The position numbers were made by a program, and so were the translations under genes. Below the pieces are notes generated by a model, which saw nothing but the letters and a program-made list of their open reading frames with translations, did no database searches and was not told the DNA's origin. From assembly GCF_002087085.1 (NCBI RefSeq), contig NZ_MWQY01000004.1, positions 62,001 through 126,000 of the forward strand: 64,000 nucleotides of DNA. Reading direction: 5' to 3'. Below are positions 19,280 to 27,400 of this stretch, in pieces (the first letter of the stretch is position 1; each line of letters begins with the position of its first letter).

Positions 19280-19327
19280 GGAGTATAAACAATGGTTTAT
19301 CCATAAAAATGTATCGAGGAGTATCCC

Positions 19328-21565
19328 ATGAAAAAACCCGCAGCGGCAGCCGTTCTGTTTTACCTTGCCATCTTTACAGCTTTTATCCTTACAGGCTGCA
19401 GCGGCGGTGGGGCCGGGGGAGGAGAGCAACCCTATGCTCCTCAATCATCACTGGACGATATAATCCTGGACACGGATTTCTTACAACATGTCTATCTCGA
19501 CATTACCCAGAGTCAGATTGCCAATACATCCGTGGATATGGAATACAGCCTTACCGATGGATCCACCTGGGTGGACTGTACCGACAATCCCCAACCGGTG
19601 GTATTGACGGTCGGAACCGGAGTGTGGATCCGTAATGAAGGAGACGGTTCATCCGAGCGCTTTCTCGGCCAGGTGGATGCTTTATCCGGTCCCGATATTA
19701 ATGCGGGGGATGAGCTGTATGTCGGTGTCTATGACGCCGGAGCCAACACCTGGGACGATGTCTCCTCTGTGTCACCGGGAAATATCCTCAATATTCTTGC
19801 CTATATCCAAAATATCGGTACCGATGCCTGCCCTTCCGGTCACCGCTTCGACTTCTATATTTCGGATGACACGACAATAACGACTGCCGATACATTGATC
19901 CGCAGCTATGTGTATACCTCCGCTACAGCTGCCGGCGGAACAATGTCTTTCGTCCTCACCTTCCAGGTTCCCTCCGGCTTCTCCGCCGGGACCTACTACA
20001 TCGGATATATCGCCGACGCAGGGAATACTGTCAGCGAGATGAACGAGGGCAACAACACCTCCGCTCCCGAGGGGGTTACTCCGCTGATCGTCAAGGACAA
20101 TTCAGCAGTCCCGGGCGGGGCCGTTAAAATCTACAATTCCTGGGGTGAAGGGAACGGCTGGGAGAATAATGCCGACGGATACTACTGGATGCCCTACGAG
20201 GTCCTGAAAAATAACCGGATGCTGGTGAGCTACTACTACAACGATTTTACCCGGGAGTATAATCCCACCTCTGTACTGGTCTTTTCACTGACCCATCCGG
20301 AACGGGATAAGCTGCGCGTTACCGTCGGCCTGGGAGATCCAGCTGATCCGTATATGAAAAAAACATTTCAAAGTGAATGGAACAGCACAGACCTGATCAG
20401 CGGAGCGATCCCTTTTCCAGCCAACAGCATGATCCTGGATATAAGTGAGTTCGCAAGCGGCATCAACAGCTACGATCTCTTTTTCATGGTGGAAAATTCC
20501 AGCGGTACTTCCGGTTCACTTGGCAATCTGAGTCTCGAACTCTACGGCGATTATGATTCCCCCGCAATAAGAACGCTGAATTCTGTCTCCACCACATTAC
20601 CCGCAACCCTTTCTGCAAACGCAGAAACAACCGTATACCTCAGCACTGCAGGAGAACTGACCCTGACCGAACAACAGCAGATTCTCCCCATGTCCCGTTC
20701 CACGAGCCTGTCGGGCATTACTTTTAATGAACGTATGCCCTCCTCCGGAGAAATTGCCCGAAACATAGACCGCTACGGAGTGTATATTCCCGGAAAAAAC
20801 TACAACACAATAGTCAAGCAAGGTTTCGGAACCGGATATGCCCCCCCGTCTCGAAGCGTATGGGAAAGCACCAGGATCCTGGAGAGTATCGATACCGGAA
20901 TAACCAGGGGTACACTGCCCATGGCGGTTGACAACTCCGCCAGCGTTTATTTCCCCCCAACAGGCAATCAGGGATCCGAAGGTTCCTGTTCAGCCTTCTC
21001 GGTGGGCTATTACATCCAGACCTATACGGAAGCAAAGGAACACAACTGGGATCTTTCTTCAACAAGCTGGACCGGCGGCGCCACAGGTTCACCATCTTCA
21101 AACCTGGATAAAATTTTCAGCCCGGATTTTATCTATCATCAGATAAACGACGGCGGTGATAACGGGTCGAACATCATTCAGGCGGCCGGGCTGGTAACCA
21201 GAATCGGCGGCGCGACATGGAACACCATGCCCTACGATACTGCTGATTCAACCTCCTGGCCATCGGAGGCCGCCTGGCGGGAAGCCCCGAAATACCGGGG
21301 GCGGGAACCGGCCAAGTATTATTGGGACAATCTTTCAGCCGGTTATTTCGTTATAGAAGACGATTCAGGCATTCAGCTTCTGAAAAGTCTTCTCAACGCG
21401 GGCTACTGCGTCAGTACCGGTATTGCAGCAGAAACGGTGTATAACGGACTCGATATCAATGACGTCGTGAATTCGGCTGTTACGTGGACATCCACCAATC
21501 ATGCCCAGACTATTGTAGGCTATAAGGAGGGGACCTCGTGGGACCCGTCAAATCCCGACTCCTGA
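19328..21565 (+). CDS. Lipoprotein with CARDB domain and circularly permuted papain-like (C1) cysteine protease
   Basis: Lipobox LTGC24. CARDB-like domain (IQNIGT..YISDD..GTYYIGYIAD..VSEMNEGNN). KIYNSWG..DGYYWMPY at N270; LPMAVD..GNQGSEGSC554; FSPDFIY; NH725AQTIVGY. Confidence 0.85.
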   Translation: MKKPAAAAVLFYLAIFTAFILTGCSGGGAGGGEQPYAPQSSLDDIILDTDFLQHVYLDITQSQIANTSVDMEYSLTDGSTWVDCTDNPQPVVLTVGTGVWIRNEGDGSSERFLGQVDALSGPDINAGDELYVGVYDAGANTWDDVSSVSPGNILNILAYIQNIGTDACPSGHRFDFYISDDTTITTADTLIRSYVYTSATAAGGTMSFVLTFQVPSGFSAGTYYIGYIADAGNTVSEMNEGNNTSAPEGVTPLIVKDNSAVPGGAVKIYNSWGEGNGWENNADGYYWMPYEVLKNNRMLVSYYYNDFTREYNPTSVLVFSLTHPERDKLRVTVGLGDPADPYMKKTFQSEWNSTDLISGAIPFPANSMILDISEFASGINSYDLFFMVENSSGTSGSLGNLSLELYGDYDSPAIRTLNSVSTTLPATLSANAETTVYLSTAGELTLTEQQQILPMSRSTSLSGITFNERMPSSGEIARNIDRYGVYIPGKNYNTIVKQGFGTGYAPPSRSVWESTRILESIDTGITRGTLPMAVDNSASVYFPPTGNQGSEGSCSAFSVGYYIQTYTEAKEHNWDLSSTSWTGGATGSPSSNLDKIFSPDFIYHQINDGGDNGSNIIQAAGLVTRIGGATWNTMPYDTADSTSWPSEAAWREAPKYRGREPAKYYWDNLSAGYFVIEDDSGIQLLKSLLNAGYCVSTGIAAETVYNGLDINDVVNSAVTWTSTNHAQTIVGYKEGTSWDPSNPDS

Positions 21566-21936
21566 TCATACTCATGATCCCGGCAATTGCGGCTCCAGCG
21601 TTCTCTTCAGGTCCCCGGGAGAGAGCGCAGGAAAACGTGGTCAATCCAGCCCCGGAGACTGAAGCGTCAGGCGGTCTTACGGGGGGATTCAGGAAAGCGG
21701 AAAAGGACAATCCTCATGTAATCGAATCTGTCCGTTTTCTGAAAGCAGAAATGGACGCCCGGGGGATCAGGGTTCAGGAAGTCCGCAGTTCGGAAATCCA
21801 GGTTGTATCGGGATATAAAGTGCATCTTGTGGCTGAGTACCGAAAAAATGGAACCAGCGACGTTCTGGATGCCCTGATCTATCTGCCTCCCCGGGGAGAG
21901 CCTCAGTTATTATCGCTTACATACGGTGCTGAATAA
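21538..21936 (+). CDS. Secreted cystatin-like cysteine protease inhibitor
   Basis: GTG start with SD AAGGAGG; signal peptide; LTGGF N-terminal Gly motif, helix, QVVSG (QxVxG) loop at 21799-21813. Confidence 0.8.
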   Translation: MGPVKSRLLIILMIPAIAAPAFSSGPRERAQENVVNPAPETEASGGLTGGFRKAEKDNPHVIESVRFLKAEMDARGIRVQEVRSSEIQVVSGYKVHLVAEYRKNGTSDVLDALIYLPPRGEPQLLSLTYGAE

Positions 21937-21974
21937 AAAGCAGGAGTCAGCTGTACAGGTCTGAAGCTTCCCCC

Positions 21975-22703
21975 TCAGGCATACCACCGGCAAAACAGCC
22001 GCTGCAGCAGGTCCAGGACCGCAAAAAAGAGAAGTCCCGCCAGGCTCAGGGCCATGATGCCGGCGTACATACGGGTGTAGGAGATCCTGGACCAGCTGTC
22101 CATGATGTACCAGCCTATCCCCGTCTGAGTGGCGAAGGTCTCAGCCAGAAACAGCACCGCGAAGGCGGTCCCCAGAGTCAGCCTCAGGGAGCTGAAAATC
22201 CGCGGAAGCAGGGCAGGCAGAATCACGTGGACCAGAAGGTCCCGCCTGCTTCCCCCCAGGGTATAGAGAGAGTCGAAATAATGCCTGTTGATTCCCGCGG
22301 TTCCGTCCCGAATTTCCAGGTAAAACTGAAAGAAAACGATCAGGGCCACGAGAAATATCTTTGAAAGGTCCCCAAGCCCCAGAAAGAGCAGAATGATCGG
22401 CAGAAGGGCGATTTTCGGAACCGGAAAGAGAACATAGACCACGGGGCTCACGACAGAGTCCGCTGCGCCGACGGTCCCGGAAAGAATTCCCAGAACCAGG
22501 GCTGGAACAAAGGCCGCAGCCAGTGCGGCCAGCACGCGAAAGAGAGAAGAACCGAGATGGAGCATCAGTTCGCCCCTGACAATCTCCGTAAACATTTCAC
22601 GGCCGACGGACACGGGGGAGGGCAGAAAGGGCCGGGCCACCAGGAACGAAGCGATCCACCACAGGGCAAAGAGGAACACCACGGCAAAGGCTGTCCTTTT
22701 CAT
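21975..22703 (-). CDS. ABC transporter permease (NitT/TauT family)
   Basis: LPSPVSV, PVPKIALLP, LGGSRRD..VILPA, AET..GIG. Confidence 0.9.
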   Translation of the reverse strand: MKRTAFAVVFLFALWWIASFLVARPFLPSPVSVGREMFTEIVRGELMLHLGSSLFRVLAALAAAFVPALVLGILSGTVGAADSVVSPVVYVLFPVPKIALLPIILLFLGLGDLSKIFLVALIVFFQFYLEIRDGTAGINRHYFDSLYTLGGSRRDLLVHVILPALLPRIFSSLRLTLGTAFAVLFLAETFATQTGIGWYIMDSWSRISYTRMYAGIMALSLAGLLFFAVLDLLQRLFCRWYA

Positions 22704-23452
22704 ATCCTGCCTCCGGCGGGCTTCGCGGTAATGCTTTCCAGGGTATTCCTGATTTCGACACAGCTGGAAAAAAAACCGCCGCTTTTTCGGTCCCCTGCCC
22801 TGGAGGATGTATTGCTGATCCTCGTGATGCCGCCCTGCATGTCCATTACATGAATCTCATCGCTCAGATAGGCGGCCTCTTCAATGCTGTGGGTAACCAG
22901 GATAATCGTCATGGCCCTCTCCCGGTGAACGGCAAGCAGGTAGTCCTGAAGCTGTTCCCGGGTCATGGCGTCCAGGGACGAGAAGGGTTCATCCAGGAGC
23001 ATCAGGTCCGGGTCGAGGACCAGGGAGCGCCCCACGGCGAGGCGTTGCTTCTCTCCTCCCGAGAGCTTTGCGGGATAGCTTTTTTCCTTGCCCCCGAGAC
23101 CCAGCTCCCCCAGGACCCGGTCGATCCTGAAAGCCCGTTCAGTCCGGGAAAAACCCCGGAGCCTGAGGCCCAGGGCCATGTTCTCGCAGACCGTCTTCCA
23201 CGGAAAGAGCCCGTACTCCTGCAGGATTACCGCCGTCTTCTCCCGTCCTCTTTGGGGAGCCTCCCCGTTCAGGAGCAGACCTCCCCGTTTGGCAGACAGG
23301 AGCCCGGCGATGAGATAAAGCAGGGTTGTCTTTCCGCAGCCCGATGGCCCTATGACCACATGCAGCTTCCCCGCCTCAAAGGAGTGGGAAAGTCCCCGGA
23401 ACACCCGCTGTCCGGAGCTATAGTCAAAATCCAGGTCCCGGATATGAATCAT
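22700..23452 (-). CDS. ABC transporter ATP-binding protein (NitT/TauT family)
   Basis: GPSGCGKT, LFPWKTV, LSGGEKQR, LLDEPFSSLD. Confidence 0.93.
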   Translation of the reverse strand: MIHIRDLDFDYSSGQRVFRGLSHSFEAGKLHVVIGPSGCGKTTLLYLIAGLLSAKRGGLLLNGEAPQRGREKTAVILQEYGLFPWKTVCENMALGLRLRGFSRTERAFRIDRVLGELGLGGKEKSYPAKLSGGEKQRLAVGRSLVLDPDLMLLDEPFSSLDAMTREQLQDYLLAVHRERAMTIILVTHSIEEAAYLSDEIHVMDMQGGITRISNTSSRAGDRKSGGFFSSCVEIRNTLESITAKPAGGRI

Positions 23453-23460
23453 CTAAGGTT

Positions 23461-24408
23461 TTATTGCTCCAGTTCTTCAACTACGGCATCAAAACAGAGA
23501 TCCTCGTATTCCGGAGGGGCTTCAATCATTCCGCGCCGCATCATCCAGTCGGCGGCAGCGCTTATCTCCTCCCGTTCCGGAAGCCGGGGATACTCATACT
23601 CCACAAAGGAGAAGCTTTCCCTGATCACCGGCGGAAATCCCATTACGTCCACCAGAAAATCCCGGTAGGCGTCAGGATCGGTGTTGATATTCCTGCAGGC
23701 TTCCCAGTAGGCCCGGTAGACCCGCACTATCTCATCGGAGCGCTCCCGGAGGACCTCCCCGTCAAAGAGCATGACCCCCGGATCCATACCCAGGGCATTG
23801 CTGTCTCCCAGGGGCACCGCACCTCTGGCCACCGCGAGGGCATAGAGAGGTTCAGGAAGACAGGCTGCAGGGAGCTTTCCGTTAAGAAGAAGTTCCATCC
23901 TTACCGGGATTTTGGGTACCGCCAGGGGCTTGAACCCGGAATCCGGAATCCCTGCCTCGCTGAGCAGGCTGGAGGCCACGTACTCGATCACGGTATTGGA
24001 TGAGACACCGATCTCCTTTCCTGCAAGATCCGCGGGGCTCCCGGCATTCGATCCCGGGGCGGCGGCCAGCCCGTAGCGTCCGGTGGTAATGGAGGCAATC
24101 CGGACGTCCATGCCCCCGGTAAAAAGGAGGATCGATCCGATGGCATCGGCAATGATTCCATCGATCTGCCCTGCCTGGAAGGCTGCATCCCGTTCCACGG
24201 GATTCTGAAACATCACCAGTTCAACCGCCGCCCCTGCATCGGAAAAACGACCCTCCTCCCGGGCGACCAGAAAAGGCAGGGAATCGGCATCCGGGAGAAG
24301 TCCGATTTTAAGGGCCTCGTCAGGTTTTTCACCGGCACCTCCGGCAAAGAGCAGGGCGGAAACAGAAAACAGCAGAATGAGAAAAATTGTTGTTCGTTGT
24401 GCAGACAT
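23461..24408 (-). CDS. ABC transporter substrate-binding protein (SsuA/NMT1-like)
   Basis: Signal peptide ending LFAGG; KIGLLPDADSLP, ERDAAFQAGQID, LPEP. Confidence 0.85.
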   Translation of the reverse strand: MSAQRTTIFLILLFSVSALLFAGGAGEKPDEALKIGLLPDADSLPFLVAREEGRFSDAGAAVELVMFQNPVERDAAFQAGQIDGIIADAIGSILLFTGGMDVRIASITTGRYGLAAAPGSNAGSPADLAGKEIGVSSNTVIEYVASSLLSEAGIPDSGFKPLAVPKIPVRMELLLNGKLPAACLPEPLYALAVARGAVPLGDSNALGMDPGVMLFDGEVLRERSDEIVRVYRAYWEACRNINTDPDAYRDFLVDVMGFPPVIRESFSFVEYEYPRLPEREEISAAADWMMRRGMIEAPPEYEDLCFDAVVEELEQ

Positions 24409-25004
24409 TACGACTCCTGACCCGAATTCCAGCGGCGCGCCCTGGATGACGGGAGCCCCAGAAGGTCGAGGACCCGGTAAAGGCTCTGGTCAACAAGCTC
24501 GTCGATGCTTTTCGGCTGGGTATAAAATGCGGGAACAGGGGGCATGATAATGCCCCCCGCCCGGGTTACTTTCAGCATGTTCTCCAGGTGTATCCCCGAA
24601 AGGGGGGTCTCCCTGGTCAGCAGAATCAGGGGACGCCGTTCCTTGAGGCTCACGTCCGCCGCCCGTTCCACCAGGGAATCGGAGGTTCCGGAAGCGATTC
24701 GTCCCAGGGCGCCCATGGAACAGGGAGCCGCGACCATACCCCGGGTAAGGAATGAACCCGAGGCGATGGGGGAAAAATAATCCGTAATCTCCGGGGTTTC
24801 AAGGCTCCCGACGGCGCGAAACTCCCGCAGCCACTCGTCCCGGCTCCGGCCGGTCTCCTGCAGGATTACATCCTCACCGTTTCTCGAGAGGAGCAGATAA
24901 AGGGGTATACCCTGCTCCATCAAGAGCTGCACCAGACGCAGACCGTAAACGGCGCCGCTTGCTCCGGTGATGGCGACGACAACGGGGAGTCCACGTTCAG
25001 CCAT
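24408..25004 (-). CDS. ubiX: UbiX family flavin prenyltransferase
   Basis: VAITGASGAVYG, IASGSF, PCSM, RAADVSLKERR, RETP, PAFY. Confidence 0.93.
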   Translation of the reverse strand: MAERGLPVVVAITGASGAVYGLRLVQLLMEQGIPLYLLLSRNGEDVILQETGRSRDEWLREFRAVGSLETPEITDYFSPIASGSFLTRGMVAAPCSMGALGRIASGTSDSLVERAADVSLKERRPLILLTRETPLSGIHLENMLKVTRAGGIIMPPVPAFYTQPKSIDELVDQSLYRVLDLLGLPSSRARRWNSGQES

Positions 25005-25887
25005 GGAGTCCTCCGGGAAGGTAGACCGCCGCAAGTGCAAAGAGCAGGAATATCGGAGACAGAGTCTGATTCAATTTATAAGCTGCAAAGGGGATCCTGT
25101 TTTCCGGGGACTTTTCACTCTTCCAGGCTATCAGCAGTTCCCAGCAAAGGATTCCCCCGGAAACAGCGACCCCGGCGTAATACCAGGCATTGAATCCGTA
25201 AAGCAGGCCGTGCATTACGGTACCGGCCATAAAGACGGCAAAACTCGCCGCAGCGAATCCGAGAGCGGGGAATCTGCCAAAGCGGGCCGGGATAGATCGG
25301 AGTCCGTGGCTTCGGTCGTGGTCGATATCCTGCAGGGCGTAGATTATGTCGAAACCGGCCACCCAGAACATGACCGCCCCCGTCAGCGGAAAAAAGCGCC
25401 ACTGAAAGCTGCCGGTCAGAGCCAGAAAGGTACCCATGACCGCGGCGGAGCAGGTAAATCCCAGCCAGTAGTGACAGAGCCAGGTAAAGCGCTTGGTGTA
25501 GGAATACCCCATGATCATGACAGCGGCTGCCGGTACCAGAGCCAGGCAGAGGGGATTCAGCATCCAGGCGGAAACCAGCAGCAGGAGCCCGCAGAAGAGG
25601 GTAAAGAGTATCAGCTCCAGGCGACGGACCCTGCCTGTCTGCAGGGGTCTGTCGGCGGTCCGGGGGTTTTCCGCGTCAATCTTCTCGTCCACCAGGCGGT
25701 TGAGGGCATTCGCCCCGTTTCTGGCGGCCACCACGGCCAGAATGATCCAGCCCACCGTGCTCCAGGGGGGTCGTCCCGCACTCTCGGAGAGGAGGGCGAC
25801 AAGGGCAAAGGGCAGGGAGAAGAGGCTGTGCTCGATCATGACGGCCCTGCCGATGCCCCGTCCCCTTCGAAGGAGTCTTTTAATCAA
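24997..25887 (-). CDS. UbiA-family polyprenyltransferase (MqnP-like)
   Basis: EHSLFSLPFA, NRLVDEKIDAENPRT, YSYTKRFT, FDIIYALQDIDHD; TTG start at 25887 with SD AAGGAG. Confidence 0.88.
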   Translation of the reverse strand: MIKRLLRRGRGIGRAVMIEHSLFSLPFALVALLSESAGRPPWSTVGWIILAVVAARNGANALNRLVDEKIDAENPRTADRPLQTGRVRRLELILFTLFCGLLLLVSAWMLNPLCLALVPAAAVMIMGYSYTKRFTWLCHYWLGFTCSAAVMGTFLALTGSFQWRFFPLTGAVMFWVAGFDIIYALQDIDHDRSHGLRSIPARFGRFPALGFAAASFAVFMAGTVMHGLLYGFNAWYYAGVAVSGGILCWELLIAWKSEKSPENRIPFAAYKLNQTLSPIFLLFALAAVYLPGGLHG

Positions 25888-27328
25888 GACCAAACTCCTT
25901 CCAGCGCTCGTCGACCCTGCGGACGATCTCATCGCTCATGACGATGTCGTCGGGCCACTCCCGTTCATGCCCGTCCAGAGGCCCTTTCCGGGTTGCATCC
26001 ACCCCCAGGCGGGTACCGAAACGGGGCCGCGGAGAGGCATGGTCCAGGGTATCCAGGGGCCCCTGGGAGAAGATCAGGTCCCGTTGGGCATCGATATTGT
26101 TGAAAACCTTCCACATTACGGTGCTCAGGTTCTGCACATCCACATCAGCGTCCACGACTATGATCATCTTGGTGTACATCATCTGCCCAAGTCCCCACAG
26201 CATGTTCAGCACCTTGTGGACCTGACCGGGGTAGCGTTTTTCTATTGAAATGATCGCACAGTTGTGGAACACCCCTTCCAGGGGCAGGTTCATATCCTGA
26301 ATTTCCGGAGCCATCCGCTTTAAGAGGGGCAGAAATATCCGCTCCGTGGCCTTTGCCATATAGCAGTCCTCCATGGGGGGCTGCCCTACGATTGTGGCGG
26401 GATAGACGGGCTTTTTTTTGCGGGTAATACAGGTCACATGAAAAACCGGGTAGTCATCGCAGAGGGAGTAATACCCCGTATGGTCCCCGAAGGGCCCCTC
26501 CTTTCGCAGAGCTTCGGCGGGATCAACGTAGCCTTCCAGCACAAACTCCGCGTTGGCGGGAACCTGAATATCGCAGGTCAGGCATTTGACCGTCTCCACC
26601 GGCTTTCCCCGGAGGTAGCCGGCAAAAAAGAGTTCCGATATACCCTCAGGCAGGGGCGCCGTGGCGGCGTAGGTTACCGCCGGATCATCGCCGAAGGCAA
26701 CGGCCACCGGCATCTTCTCTCCCCTTTTCCGGTACTTCTGAAAATAGTGGGCCCCGTCCTTATGGTGATGCCAGTGCATCCCGGTGCTGGTCTTATCGAA
26801 ACGCTGCATGCGGTACATGCCCATGTTCTGATTTCCCGTGTCAGGATCGATGGTAAATACCATGGGCAGGGTAAAAAATGGCCCCCCGTCCCCGGGCCAG
26901 CAGGTCAGCACCGGCAGCTTCGTTAAATCCGGGTCGTAATCGACGATCTCCTGGCAGGGCGCCTTGTTTACCCGGCTGGGAAAAAAGAGTCTGGCCCACT
27001 TGAGCTTCGGAAAAAAACTGGCGATATCGAGCTTGCGCGCCTGGGAGAATCCCCAGTCCATCAGCTCCTCAAGCTCCCCGGCCTTTTCTTCCAGAGACTT
27101 CGCACCCAGGGCCAGGGCCATACGTTCATAGGAACCGAAGGCATTAATCAGGACGGGGAACTGCGAACCCTTCACCTTTTCAAATAAAAGTGCGGGACCT
27201 CCCGACTTGCTTACCCGGTCGCATATCTCGGTGATTTCCAGGTAAGGATCAACCTCCGCGTGTATACGCTTCAGTTCTCCCCTGGACTCGAGGAGCTTCA
27301 TGAATTCCTGAATATTCTTGTAAGCCAT
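25880..27328 (-). CDS. UbiD family decarboxylase (menaquinone futalosine-pathway MqnL-like)
   Basis: LEITEI..GGPALLFE, WPGDGG, NMGMYRMQ, EGPFGDHTGYY, VGQPPMED, GPLDTLDHA, DATRK. Confidence 0.9.
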   Translation of the reverse strand: MAYKNIQEFMKLLESRGELKRIHAEVDPYLEITEICDRVSKSGGPALLFEKVKGSQFPVLINAFGSYERMALALGAKSLEEKAGELEELMDWGFSQARKLDIASFFPKLKWARLFFPSRVNKAPCQEIVDYDPDLTKLPVLTCWPGDGGPFFTLPMVFTIDPDTGNQNMGMYRMQRFDKTSTGMHWHHHKDGAHYFQKYRKRGEKMPVAVAFGDDPAVTYAATAPLPEGISELFFAGYLRGKPVETVKCLTCDIQVPANAEFVLEGYVDPAEALRKEGPFGDHTGYYSLCDDYPVFHVTCITRKKKPVYPATIVGQPPMEDCYMAKATERIFLPLLKRMAPEIQDMNLPLEGVFHNCAIISIEKRYPGQVHKVLNMLWGLGQMMYTKMIIVVDADVDVQNLSTVMWKVFNNIDAQRDLIFSQGPLDTLDHASPRPRFGTRLGVDATRKGPLDGHEREWPDDIVMSDEIVRRVDERWKEFGLD

Positions 27329-27334
27329 GGGGGG

Positions 27335-27363
27335 AGTATACCGACAGAAAAGGATACTGTCTA
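27335..27363 (-). promoter_or_regulatory. Sigma70 promoter giving a probable leaderless ubiD-like transcript
   Basis: TAGACA-N17-TATACT-N6-ATG, no SD. Confidence 0.6.
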
Positions 27364-27400
27364 TTTACGACTCAAAGGACAGCATTATTTTCAGAGCCCT

